Below are positions 55,054 through 64,000 of a stretch of 64,000 nt of DNA, in pieces. Below the pieces are notes generated by a model that did not search any database, was not told the DNA's origin, and saw only the letters and a list, made by a program, of their open reading frames with translations. The stretch is from a virus. Its lineage: Duplodnaviria; Caudoviricetes. Where the stretch lies: positions 10,641-74,640 of IMG/VR virus record IMGVR_UViG_3300011164_000019. One strand, 5' to 3'. The position numbers were made by a program, and so were the translations under genes. The first letter of the stretch is position 1, and every line of letters starts with the position of its first letter.

Positions 55054-55698
55054 TTACTTTGTTAACGCAGCCCAGGAAACAGGAAATAGTGGCTGAATGG
55101 TTTCTCCCCATTGTTTGGCCAGCTCCTGAATCTCAACTTGCGCATGTGCGTCGATGCGTTGTTTGAACGCACGGCCAAATGCAGCAAGAGATCCAGTCAC
55201 GTAATAACTGGTGAGCATGGACTGTGGCAAAGCCATGCGGGCTTGTTCTGGAGCAACACCAAGAGCAAGCAACTCTTTGTATGCTTCAGCTGCTTTATCC
55301 ATTGCCCAGCGATAACGATCTTGTGCCGCTTTCATGTGTTGCACAGGGCCTCCACTACCTTGCTTGAGGCTTCCTTCCGGTCTGGTGCGCCATACTTCTG
55401 GGAAGAAGAACTCCGGAGTGTCGTCCACATAGCGGCGAGACACTTCGTTGTAAGTGAAGCCGACCATGTGCTTGAAGCGCTGGCGTGCGACGAAGATCGG
55501 TACGGTTTCACGCAGGGTTATCTGCGGATGGCTGAACGGAGTCCAGTGGCCATGGGTGGCGAGATAGTTGATCAACTTCTCGTCACGGGGTTCGACTTTA
55601 CCGTCGAGATCGAACTCGGATTCCTTCAAGAAGGATACCCGAGCAGCGTTGACGACCATCAGGTCGTCGCCCAGGTGGGCAATGTAGTCAGCTTTCAT
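55054..55698 (-). CDS. thyX: FAD-dependent thymidylate synthase
   Basis: VVNAARVSF, HWTPF, ARQRFKH...NEVSRRY, EQARMALPQ, HAQ.EI. Confidence 0.93.
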   Translation of the reverse strand: MKADYIAHLGDDLMVVNAARVSFLKESEFDLDGKVEPRDEKLINYLATHGHWTPFSHPQITLRETVPIFVARQRFKHMVGFTYNEVSRRYVDDTPEFFFPEVWRTRPEGSLKQGSGGPVQHMKAAQDRYRWAMDKAAEAYKELLALGVAPEQARMALPQSMLTSYYVTGSLAAFGRAFKQRIDAHAQVEIQELAKQWGETIQPLFPVSWAALTK

Positions 55699-55774
55699 TG
55701 TACATCTCGTTTTAGATGGTGTTGGTGGTAGTGCGTATAGTAACGCCCCGTAGAAACTTATTAGGGTGCTTCTC

Positions 55775-57040
55775 ATGTCTGAAGGATGGGTATGTGGAAC
55801 TGGGTTTGGAAACTTCCCCAAACCGGGGGACCCGGACAGTAACGTAACGCTGAAAGCAACTCCAGCATTCGGTGGTATTGATGTGGAGTGGACCTATCCA
55901 GCCATCAACCCGCACGCTGTTGCCCATGTGTTGCTTTATCGAAGCACCTCGGACAATGCTGATAATGCCGTAAGGCATGCTGTTGTGTCGGGCAACTTCT
56001 TTTATGACAAGACCACCACAGCCTCACTGATCGAGTACTTCTACTGGATTCAGATTGTTTCGGTGAATGGCACTGTCAGTGAAATGATTGGACCTGCTTC
56101 TGCGAAAGCGCGTCCTGCAATTGATCAGATGCTTGAGCTACTGGCTGCCAAAATCGATCAAGGTGTTCTGGCTCCAGCACTCAAGACCGAGATCGGCAGA
56201 ATTGAAACCAACAAGCTGGCTATCGATAAAGAACTCAGGGCGCTGGCTCAAACAGACGATGCGTTGGGGGTTGCTTACAACGAGGTCGTTGCATTCAGTC
56301 AACAGTCGCGTGCCCTTCTTCAGGAAGAAGTGCTCGCCCGTGTGACGGCAGAAGGTGCGTTGGTCTCCGCTATCAACACCGTGCAGGCCCATAGCAATGA
56401 GGTGTCTGCTGCGGTACAGCAGGAAACCACAGCACGAGTTGAAGCTGATGCAGCCTTGAGCAGGCAGATTACAACTGCACAATCTCAACTCGGCGATGAG
56501 ATCGCGTCTGTACAACAGACTTTTGAAACCAAGATAGAGACAGTAAACGGAACGATTAAAGAAATCGGTGCCCTCTATACGGCGAAGGTCGACGTAAACG
56601 GGCTTATCGGTGGTTTCGGGGTCTACAACGATGGCAAGACTGTTGAGGCTGGTTTCGATGTGGATCGCTTCTGGATCGGTCGAACCAACAACAAGCGCAA
56701 GCCCTTCATCATCGAAGGGAATGAAGTGTTCATTGATGAAGCAGCGATCAACAAGCTGACCTTCAGCAAGCTGCGTGATGAATCAGGGAGCTTTCTTGTA
56801 AAGGATGGCAAGGTAAAGGCTGAGTTTCTTGACCTGAACTTCGCGGAAATTCGTGGGGCAATCCAGTCGGACAACTACCAACAAGGCGTAACGGGCTGGA
56901 AGTTGGACAAAGCTGGGATGTTCGAGATCAACGGCAATACACCAGGGCAGGGGAGAACTGTGCGTACCAGCCGTTCTACTCGGGTATACGACGCGAACGG
57001 GCGTCTTCGTGTGCAACTTGGCGATTTGGATGAAAAATGA
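55775..57040 (+). CDS. Tail-tip/host-specificity protein with lambda-J-like C-terminus
   Basis: Fibronectin-like N-terminus, coiled coil, YTAKVDVNGLIGGFG, F.IEGNEVFIDEA, GWKLDKAGMFEING, RVYDANGRLRVQLG. Confidence 0.8.
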   Translation: MSEGWVCGTGFGNFPKPGDPDSNVTLKATPAFGGIDVEWTYPAINPHAVAHVLLYRSTSDNADNAVRHAVVSGNFFYDKTTTASLIEYFYWIQIVSVNGTVSEMIGPASAKARPAIDQMLELLAAKIDQGVLAPALKTEIGRIETNKLAIDKELRALAQTDDALGVAYNEVVAFSQQSRALLQEEVLARVTAEGALVSAINTVQAHSNEVSAAVQQETTARVEADAALSRQITTAQSQLGDEIASVQQTFETKIETVNGTIKEIGALYTAKVDVNGLIGGFGVYNDGKTVEAGFDVDRFWIGRTNNKRKPFIIEGNEVFIDEAAINKLTFSKLRDESGSFLVKDGKVKAEFLDLNFAEIRGAIQSDNYQQGVTGWKLDKAGMFEINGNTPGQGRTVRTSRSTRVYDANGRLRVQLGDLDEK

Positions 57041-57420
57041 GCTATGGGCTACTGACCCGTCGAACTGACGGAACTTCCATCATCACCCCACGCACGTTCA
57101 CAGTGCGTGTAGTGGATATGTTTCCAGTGTCACTGGGGCAGAATAACGATAACGTCTGGTCTCATTGGGGAACAGGTGCTGTTGCAATCCCACGTCCTGT
57201 CGTTCGCCCAGGTATGTTCGCTACATGCACGCCCATGCACGTTTATCATCCATTCGATACATACAAGTCAGGTGTAGGGATGGCCGGATACCAAATTAAA
57301 AATCAGGCGGCTCAGATTCCACGAGTTACCTGCGGTAATGCACAGGTCGTACTGACGCCACCTGTGCCCAATGGTGAGTTCGGTGGGTACTTCTACATCC
57401 ACGTCTACGAGTATCTGTAA
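57037..57420 (+). CDS. Tail-tip accessory protein
   Basis: MSYGLLT... start typical of genes following J-like proteins; ATGA coupling. Confidence 0.65.
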   Translation: MSYGLLTRRTDGTSIITPRTFTVRVVDMFPVSLGQNNDNVWSHWGTGAVAIPRPVVRPGMFATCTPMHVYHPFDTYKSGVGMAGYQIKNQAAQIPRVTCGNAQVVLTPPVPNGEFGGYFYIHVYEYL

Positions 57421-58295
57421 TGCACGGAATCAATATCCTAGGTGAGGCCGGTAACATCATTCTTGGTAATGAGTATCCCATCCTGATTCGAAAGTACCGT
57501 GGACGACTCACGGTGTCCGTATCAGGGGCACCTATTTATTGGAAGATCTTCAACGGTGCCTCTCCGACTGAGGCTCACTACGGCTACTGCTATGTAGCGT
57601 ACCCAAGCCCCATCATGGATTCGGCTCCTCCCATGATCTTTGCAACACCTACCCACGCTGCTCGCGGAGGATTTGGGTTGTTCAGTCATGTTGGATCGCC
57701 TGGCAATTGGACGGGCTTCTATGTGTTGTTCGCCCCTCGTTTGGATTACGTAGACGGATACACTCCCTGGCCTGGCTTAGACACTGGATGGGACTATCAC
57801 GTCTGTAAGTTTGGTGACTCCCCGTCGTCTGAACGCTGGGGCATGCGGGTCTGGAATGAACAGGGACGCCTGACATTTGATAGTTCGTGGGATGTTGTTC
57901 CATTCCGATCTCTGCTCACAGGCTGGAGCTACGTCGGTGGCGGAAAGTACGGAGGCAATGATCCAAATAACAACCACTACTGGGGTAATGGCACGTTCAG
58001 TACACGTAAAGCGTGTGATACCGCGTATGAAATCTACCAGCACTACTGGGGCGAATCTGACGGCACACGGGGCGTAATGATTTCAGGAATGTCGTCACTG
58101 CGTTGTATTGCTGACGTTGGCTATGAACAGGCGTTGGTATTCAGTACAGCGCCTTTGATTGGCTTTCTTGGGTCGGGCAGATCATATATCCACGCCAGTG
58201 TTATGTTCGGTGTTCTGCAGCACGCCAGTACTGTGTTTCCTGCAATGAACAGCTTCTCCTTGATGACGGCTGATATGGCTCACTCAATCGCCTAA
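57420..58295 (+). CDS. Tail-tip accessory protein
   Basis: WGMRVWNEQGRLTFDS motif; TAATG coupling. Confidence 0.65.
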   Translation: MHGINILGEAGNIILGNEYPILIRKYRGRLTVSVSGAPIYWKIFNGASPTEAHYGYCYVAYPSPIMDSAPPMIFATPTHAARGGFGLFSHVGSPGNWTGFYVLFAPRLDYVDGYTPWPGLDTGWDYHVCKFGDSPSSERWGMRVWNEQGRLTFDSSWDVVPFRSLLTGWSYVGGGKYGGNDPNNNHYWGNGTFSTRKACDTAYEIYQHYWGESDGTRGVMISGMSSLRCIADVGYEQALVFSTAPLIGFLGSGRSYIHASVMFGVLQHASTVFPAMNSFSLMTADMAHSIA

Positions 58296-58429
58296 TTTGA
58301 CCGGTAGAAGTTGCATCTATAGATTCCACCCCAACATGTATGGGTGGATTAAGAGACTGTGAGAGTTCATCTCCAGCAACACTTAGGCCGCGCTCATAGT
58401 TGCCATCCTTATTGTTGCTGGAGATCTTT

Positions 58430-58834
58430 ATGTCCGCTTTTTCCGATTACCTCGAAAATGCCTTGGTAAATGCCACTCTGCGTGGGGGTACTTTCACTGG
58501 AGGCAGTGTTTTCGTTGCACTCTTCACTGCTGATCCGACCGATGCTGGCACGGGCGCCGAGTTGGTTGATAGTGCCTATGTCCGCCAGCGTGCCCACACT
58601 ACTGTGGCTTCCGATGGATTCACTGCACCCTCCAACGGTTCCACCAGCAATACCCGCAACCTGGTATTCCCGCCGATTGCAGATGTACAGAAAGTCATCA
58701 CCCACTGGGGCATCTTCGATGCGCAGAACAGCGGCAACCTGCTGTATCACGCACCGCTGCTGAACCCGAAAACTCTCGATCCGACAGACGTACTGTCGTT
58801 CCCGATCGGTTCCCTGACCATCACTCTGGCGTAA
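58430..58834 (+). CDS. Virion structural (fibre-associated) protein
   Basis: FSDYLENAL...VALFTADP...THWGIFDA.NSGNLLY. Confidence 0.75.
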   Translation: MSAFSDYLENALVNATLRGGTFTGGSVFVALFTADPTDAGTGAELVDSAYVRQRAHTTVASDGFTAPSNGSTSNTRNLVFPPIADVQKVITHWGIFDAQNSGNLLYHAPLLNPKTLDPTDVLSFPIGSLTITLA

Positions 58835-58840
58835 CCCGGC

Positions 58841-60085
58841 ATGATGATCTTCGGGCGGTCACTCTTTGGCGGTGCAACTTCTGGGCAGATCCTGGCAACA
58901 GGGTTTGCAGCTGTGCTCGCCACTGCGGTGGCCGTTCCGGAAATCACTCGTCACGGTGCAGGTAACACGCAGGCGAATGCAACACCTGTCGTTCAAGCCA
59001 CCAAACAACAGATTCCTGTAACACAGGCACTTGTTGGTTGCCTGGCTCAGGGTTCGGCCCAGTGCGACTTCTCAGGCTATGTGTCTGCAGAGGGTATCGC
59101 CCAAGGCATCGCCAAGCCTTCGGTTGAGTTCTTCCCGGCAGGGCATGGTGATGCCCTGTTCAGTTATTCCGGTCTTGCCAGCAAGCGTACCCGTGTCAAA
59201 CAGACACTGATGTGGGCATACGCCTCGGCAGAAGGTGAAGGGCAGATCTATGAATACGCCCAAACCGAACCTGTACGGGCGCGTGCTTATGCGTTCGGCA
59301 CTACCTATCACGTAGGTCGTACCGATGGCAGAGCAAATGCCTTCGGACAAGCCAAGTGCGTTCTGATTGCAGGAGGAAGGGCGCAAGCACATACCTCCAG
59401 CCAAGCTGAAGGCGAATGCCGTCGTTCCGGTGGAGCAGGCTCGAATGCACTGGCTGAAGCAGGACACCTGGTCGACGCATCGGTCACTCGTGGCGGTGTC
59501 CGCGAATTCGAGTTGATGGGGGCTGCTGTCTCCGCATCTTCTGCCTGGATCAGCAATACCCAGGTCTACCAGATCCAATCTGTCAGCTCACATGCTGAAG
59601 CTGGCTCGGCTAAAGCTGTTCATACCAAAGGAGCACGGGGTTCTGCCCAGGTCACAGCCAAAGGCCGTGGTATTGCAATGGGTACTCAGACCGGGGTGAC
59701 GGGTGTTGGTGGTGGTAAGACCACTGCACACGCTTTGTCTGAATACCGTTGTGCGCTGAAAGGAAACTCCGTCTCTTATGCAACAGGGGGCGGGTACGCA
59801 CAAGGAAGATACAACAGGTCTGGTGCAGTTAACGCCTATCCCACTATGCAAGTCAGTACTGTGCAGTTGGGTATCCAAGGAAGTACCGCTCTCACTGAAG
59901 CAGTTCTGTTTGCAGTTCCAACCAAGACTCAATTTGCGTCGAGTACTTCTGAAGGTACTTGCACTGCCACCGGCTTCATCCAGGTAAACGATATAGCTAA
60001 AGCTCCTACTGACCGCACAGTTGTGTTGTTGGAAGAAGTCAGGCTTGTCGCTGTGCCGGAACAGCCCCGACTTATTAAAGTGTGA
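58841..60085 (+). CDS. Ala/Gly-rich virion structural protein
   Basis: 414 aa, repetitive small-residue composition, within the tail cluster. Confidence 0.7.
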   Translation: MMIFGRSLFGGATSGQILATGFAAVLATAVAVPEITRHGAGNTQANATPVVQATKQQIPVTQALVGCLAQGSAQCDFSGYVSAEGIAQGIAKPSVEFFPAGHGDALFSYSGLASKRTRVKQTLMWAYASAEGEGQIYEYAQTEPVRARAYAFGTTYHVGRTDGRANAFGQAKCVLIAGGRAQAHTSSQAEGECRRSGGAGSNALAEAGHLVDASVTRGGVREFELMGAAVSASSAWISNTQVYQIQSVSSHAEAGSAKAVHTKGARGSAQVTAKGRGIAMGTQTGVTGVGGGKTTAHALSEYRCALKGNSVSYATGGGYAQGRYNRSGAVNAYPTMQVSTVQLGIQGSTALTEAVLFAVPTKTQFASSTSEGTCTATGFIQVNDIAKAPTDRTVVLLEEVRLVAVPEQPRLIKV

Positions 60086-60094
60086 GGTGCTTCC

Positions 60095-60412
60095 GTGGAA
60101 GTATTTGTAAAGCAACCGAATGAAGTTCTCGATTATGATGTAGATATGACGGATTGGTTTTCATCCATTCCGCTTGACGACATTGAAACAGTAACTGTTA
60201 CGGTAACCAGTGTTGCTGAAGAACAACCCACACTTGTTGTAGGCCCAGGTGCTCATCCTGAATATGTACTTATGGGTGCGGAACCTAAACGATTCAAAGT
60301 GTGGTTGGGCGGTGGTACTGATTATGTGGATTACATAGTTACGTGTGTTGTTCTGACTGAACAGGACCGCACTAAAGAAATCGATTTCAAGATCAAGGTG
60401 CGTAATAAATGA
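60095..60412 (+). CDS. Tail-associated protein
   Basis: KQPNEVLDYDVD...KVWLGGGT....Y.VT...RT.E.DFKIKV. Confidence 0.7.
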   Translation: MEVFVKQPNEVLDYDVDMTDWFSSIPLDDIETVTVTVTSVAEEQPTLVVGPGAHPEYVLMGAEPKRFKVWLGGGTDYVDYIVTCVVLTEQDRTKEIDFKIKVRNK

Positions 60413-62313
60413 CCTATGAAAACTTTGTGCAGGTCCAGCTGGCAGCACCGCTCGGTTCGTCCGATACGTCGCTGACCTTGGCCAATCCAACCGGTGCCTA
60501 CCGACTGCCTCCTGCTACTGGAGGTATCCTGGTTCTGGCTGACAGTGTTGGTAGCCCTGCTTTCACTGAAATCGTCAGTTATGTCTCGCGTAGTGGCAAT
60601 ACACTTAGCGGTTTAACTCGTGGGCAGGAAGGTACATCTGCGCGAGCATGGCCTGCTGGTACTTTTTGCTACCAGTCACTGACTGCAGGTGATTTCGCTA
60701 ATGCCCTGGGTCTTAAGGCACCCTTGGCGAGTCCCGCCTTCACCGGCAACCCTACTGCGCCCACTCCCGCCGCGACCGACAACGACACATCAATTGCGAC
60801 CACGGCGCATGTGAAGGAGGCGATGGCGCTGTTTGGGGTAGGGGCTGAACGGGAATACGGCGGTGATCTAAATGATCTGACCACCCCTGGGCTTTATTCA
60901 GTGATGGCGACCTCACCCAACTGGCCACTTGGCAATAATGGAGGGACTTTGCTCGTCTTGATGCACGGCGGAGGAGCTTACGCTTCCCAGCTAGCCTTTA
61001 GCGTTACGGACAGCAGGGTAATCAAGCGCGCCAAGGTGGGAACTTCTTGGTCTGCATGGCAACACGTCTGGACAAGCGAAAGCCTCGTTAAACAGACCAG
61101 CCTCACCGATACCACCCCAGGGGCAGTGCTGACAGTGGGGGCGTTTGGGCTTGGCACGGACGGCGTGCCGCCCCGCAACGATCTAAACGCGCTTACTACT
61201 GCCGGCATGTACCAATTCAACAACCCAACATCCGGCTTTCCCGGTTTCAATTACGGGGCGGTTTTAGTGCTAGCCCGCGCTACCAGCGAGGTGGTGCAGA
61301 TAGCGTGGGATATCACATCAGAAACCCAAGTAAGTCGGAAGCTCATTGGTGGAACATGGTCGCCTTGGCAGGCTGCGTACCACACCGGCAACCAACTGTC
61401 GCTAGGGACTACACCGGCCGCAGCCCAAACTGCACTAGAGCTTGTCAAAGGAACATCCCCAGGCAACGTGCTGGTGGCCGGCGCGGAGCTGGTCGGGAGG
61501 CACACTGTCGAGTGTTTCGTCTTTCTGGATACAGGCTCAGTGCCGGGCGCCACTATCTACACGAATATTCCGGCCTCTGAAAGCGTCATGCCGAACCTGA
61601 TCATTCGGGGCGCGCTGAACGGCTACACCGAGCCTTTCGAGGCCCGCCTGTCGTGGTATTTCTACGGCGGCACGGTGTACCTGCCGAACGTGCTGATCAC
61701 CGCGACAGGCGGCGTTTCTGGCGTGCGGTTTTACCTGCGGCCGGAGAACGGGAAAATTGTCATTCGGATTGATTTTGGCGGCAGCGTCTACATCAGTCGC
61801 CTGGCCTTCGATGCTTTGCGCATCCCTGGCGGGTATAACCCCGACCCATCTGCGCTGCAGGGATGGTCGGCCGTGGCGTCAAACGCTGTGGGCTCTAGTG
61901 AAGTCGAGGCGCTGCGGTCGCTGACATATCACAGCCGCAACATCCTCGGCACCGTCTCCCAATCCGGCGGCGTACCCACTGGCGCGATCATCGAGCGCGG
62001 CAGCAATGCGAACGGGGAGTACGTGCGGTTCGCGGACGGGACGCAGATTTGCTTTGTCTACAAAGTAAAGGCTGCTGCTGCAAGTATGCAGGCAAACGGC
62101 GTGCACTACTGGTCAGATCCTTGGCCATTCCCCGCAGCTTTTATTAGCGCCCCGTCCATAACGACAGGGGCATTTGTAGCTGGCGTCTTATCATGGGGCA
62201 GCGCGGACGGACAGTCGATTGACGGCACGCTTGGGTATTTAAACGCCTTCGCCAATATAGCAGCCACTGCTGATGTACATTACCGTGCGATTGCCATAGG
62301 CCGCTGGTATTAA
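60409..62313 (+). CDS. Tail fibre protein
   Basis: KAPLASPAFTGNPTAPT, two tandem knob-like repeats (DLN.LTT.G.Y...W..W), C-terminal ERGSNANGEYVRFADGTQIC. Confidence 0.9.
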   Translation: MTYENFVQVQLAAPLGSSDTSLTLANPTGAYRLPPATGGILVLADSVGSPAFTEIVSYVSRSGNTLSGLTRGQEGTSARAWPAGTFCYQSLTAGDFANALGLKAPLASPAFTGNPTAPTPAATDNDTSIATTAHVKEAMALFGVGAEREYGGDLNDLTTPGLYSVMATSPNWPLGNNGGTLLVLMHGGGAYASQLAFSVTDSRVIKRAKVGTSWSAWQHVWTSESLVKQTSLTDTTPGAVLTVGAFGLGTDGVPPRNDLNALTTAGMYQFNNPTSGFPGFNYGAVLVLARATSEVVQIAWDITSETQVSRKLIGGTWSPWQAAYHTGNQLSLGTTPAAAQTALELVKGTSPGNVLVAGAELVGRHTVECFVFLDTGSVPGATIYTNIPASESVMPNLIIRGALNGYTEPFEARLSWYFYGGTVYLPNVLITATGGVSGVRFYLRPENGKIVIRIDFGGSVYISRLAFDALRIPGGYNPDPSALQGWSAVASNAVGSSEVEALRSLTYHSRNILGTVSQSGGVPTGAIIERGSNANGEYVRFADGTQICFVYKVKAAAASMQANGVHYWSDPWPFPAAFISAPSITTGAFVAGVLSWGSADGQSIDGTLGYLNAFANIAATADVHYRAIAIGRWY

Positions 62314-62333
62314 TGGATTACAAGGAGAATATT

Positions 62334-62678
62334 ATGCAAATCAAACTATCTCCCCAGCGCCTGAACGAAACCCTGACCGCTACCCGTGCTGGCGACGTGC
62401 TGACCCTCAACGGCGTCGACTTCGACTTCGACCCGTTGGCTGAGGGTGCCACGCTGCCAGCCGAGGCCATCGCATCCAAGTGGATCATCGGCCCCGTCTC
62501 GCGCATCGACGGCGAGTTGCATTTGACCCTGCGCCTGCCGCACGGGCCGAACCCATCGCGTGCGGTGGCCTTCCCTGAGCCGCTGACTGTATTGGAAGAC
62601 GGCCCGATCCCGCTGCCGTTCGACTCTGAGCCAGAACCGGAAGTAATCGAAGAGCCTGTAGTGGAGGAGGTTGTATGA
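62334..62678 (+). CDS. Tail fibre assembly/chaperone-like protein
   Basis: MQIKLSPQR...LNGVDFDF..L.EGATLP..AI; AAGGAG RBS. Confidence 0.75.
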   Translation: MQIKLSPQRLNETLTATRAGDVLTLNGVDFDFDPLAEGATLPAEAIASKWIIGPVSRIDGELHLTLRLPHGPNPSRAVAFPEPLTVLEDGPIPLPFDSEPEPEVIEEPVVEEVV

Positions 62679-62998
62679 CCATCAACTGGAGCCTATTGAA
62701 AACGGCAGAAGATAAGGAAGCTGATGCTGCACTAGCTGTCCGCCAACAGTGGAAAGCTGATCGGGCAGAGGCTGTAGCAGCGATCAAGGTGACCACTCAG
62801 GCAGGCAACACTTTCGATGGCGATGAGGTCAGCCAGGCTCGTATGGCTCGCGCAATCCTGGGATTGCAGGCATCAACTAGTCCTACAGTTACTTGGGTGC
62901 TGGCGGATAACACGGTTATCGAAGCCACGGCAACCGAACTACAGGAAGCTCTGGCATTGGCTGGTGCCGAGCAAGCCCGGTTGTGGGTGCAAGCATGA
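62675..62998 (+). CDS. DUF4376-like tail fibre assembly protein
   Basis: FDGDEVSQARMARAI...W.LADN..EL.EAL. Confidence 0.75.
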   Translation: MTINWSLLKTAEDKEADAALAVRQQWKADRAEAVAAIKVTTQAGNTFDGDEVSQARMARAILGLQASTSPTVTWVLADNTVIEATATELQEALALAGAEQARLWVQA

Positions 62999-63243
62999 GC
63001 TGGTGGCTATCGGTGTTGATCGCCATCGATCAATTGGCCAATGCACTGCTGGCAGGTACACCGGACGAAACATTGTCCAGTCGTGCCTACCGCTGTGGGG
63101 TGCTGGACCCCTCACCTAAGCGTCGCTGGGTATTTGCACACACCTGGATCAATAGGCTGTTTTTCTGGCAGCCGGATCATTGCTTTCAGGCCTACGAGAG
63201 CGAAAGGACTCGCTCCCATTTAGTAAGAGGATTTACGCAATGA
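62995..63243 (+). CDS. Hypothetical phage protein
   Basis: LIAIDQLANALL.G.PDETLSSRAYR...IN.LFFW..DHC. Confidence 0.75.
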   Translation: MSWWLSVLIAIDQLANALLAGTPDETLSSRAYRCGVLDPSPKRRWVFAHTWINRLFFWQPDHCFQAYESERTRSHLVRGFTQ

Positions 63244-63581
63244 CCTTAGGTAACAAGCAACGACACTTCACCCGTCTGGTGGGCCTGCTCATCGAGTACG
63301 CCTACCAGAACGGTTACGAACTGACCTTCGGTGATGCCTATCGTGATCCTCGCCTGCATGGCGAGATGGGCGTGAAGAAGTCCTACAGCTCGGCCAAGAG
63401 CAACCACAAGATCCGCCTGGCAGTGGACTTCAACCTGTTCAAGGATGGCAAGTACCTGACTGCTACCGAGGACTACACCAAGCTGGGTGAGTACTGGGAA
63501 TCGCTGGGGGGATGCTGGGGAGGACGGTTTACTTCTGCTGATGGAAATCACTTCAGCCTGGAGCATGAGGGCTGCAAATGA
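63240..63581 (+). CDS. Endolysin, M15-family peptidase
   Basis: SNHKIRLAVD (SxH...D) and DGNHFS zinc ligands. Confidence 0.9.
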   Translation: MTLGNKQRHFTRLVGLLIEYAYQNGYELTFGDAYRDPRLHGEMGVKKSYSSAKSNHKIRLAVDFNLFKDGKYLTATEDYTKLGEYWESLGGCWGGRFTSADGNHFSLEHEGCK

Positions 63582-64000
63582 GCATCTTGGGAGTGGTGCC
63601 ATCACTGCTTGAAGTCGGCAGCAAGCTGATCGACAAGCTGATCCCAGATCCTCAGGCGAAAGCCAAGGCTCAACTGGATCTCTTGTCGCTCCAGCAGAAT
63701 GGTGACCTGAAGGAACTGGAGACGCGCATGTCGGCCATCATCGCTGAGGCCAGCAGCACCGATCCATGGACCAGTCGGGCACGTCCATCCTTCCTCTACG
63801 TGTTCTACTTCGTGATCCTGAGCCTGACGATCCTGGCTCCGGTGATCGGGGTGTTTCACCCGAACGGGATGGAGGTTTTCTTCGGCAACGTCGGTAAGGG
63901 ATTCGAAGCGATTCCGGAAGAGCTGTGGTGGACCTTCTCGGCTGGCTACCTGGGTTATGCCGGTGCCAGGACGTTCGAGAAGCGTAAAGGAGTGGCCTGA
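63578..64000 (+). CDS. Holin (3TM gene-transfer-agent type)
   Basis: KLIPDP, AEA.S.D.WTSRARP, TM segments, GY.GART.EK. Confidence 0.85.
   Translation: MSILGVVPSLLEVGSKLIDKLIPDPQAKAKAQLDLLSLQQNGDLKELETRMSAIIAEASSTDPWTSRARPSFLYVFYFVILSLTILAPVIGVFHPNGMEVFFGNVGKGFEAIPEELWWTFSAGYLGYAGARTFEKRKGVA

Noticed and set aside
55440-55500. ThyX motif variant RQRFKH instead of RHR
   Set aside because: A common variant among phage ThyX enzymes; not evidence of altered function
1-64000. tRNA, rRNA, CRISPR arrays, integrase or transposase
   Set aside because: No cloverleaf with TTCRA loop, no regularly spaced repeats and no recombinase motifs seen by eye; a tRNAscan run would be needed to exclude atypical tRNAs

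Overview
The window is about 64 kb of a lytic N4-like podovirus (Schitoviridae), read as a circularly permuted genome. High GC, a Pseudomonas-type tail fibre/chaperone pair and an RsmA-like gene suggest a Pseudomonas-type host, but this is inference. The likely genome terminus lies at about 16.7-16.9 kb. Leftward from it (minus strand) run hairpin promoters and tiny early genes, the two-subunit RNAP II, a ClpX-like ATPase, a MoxR-AAA/vWA pair, a helicase and a family A DNA polymerase. Rightward (plus strand) run terminase, portal, capsid and virion genes up to a 3415-aa cysteine-free virion RNA polymerase. A minus-strand replication and nucleotide-metabolism block follows (HNH, resolvase, SSB, primase, exonuclease, nrdAB, thyX), then plus-strand tail and lysis genes. 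The main signals not shown by the ORF track are: (i) a 58-aa CsrA/RsmA translational regulator at 6504-6680, with a distant GGA-dense non-coding tract that could be its RNA sponge; (ii) two classes of template-strand hairpin promoter-like elements with identical spacing, one class with a compensatory stem change and a copy 30 kb from the early region; (iii) a ~200-nt structured ncRNA candidate next to the vRNAP terminator; (iv) a candidate pair of immune-signal sponges (Acb4-like gp49 family plus a YRGW-domain protein); (v) a minimal ClpX without ZBD or IGF loop; and (vi) several membrane micropeptides and a lipoprotein moron. No CRISPR array, tRNA or rRNA was found. All family assignments come from motif recognition; no database search was run.
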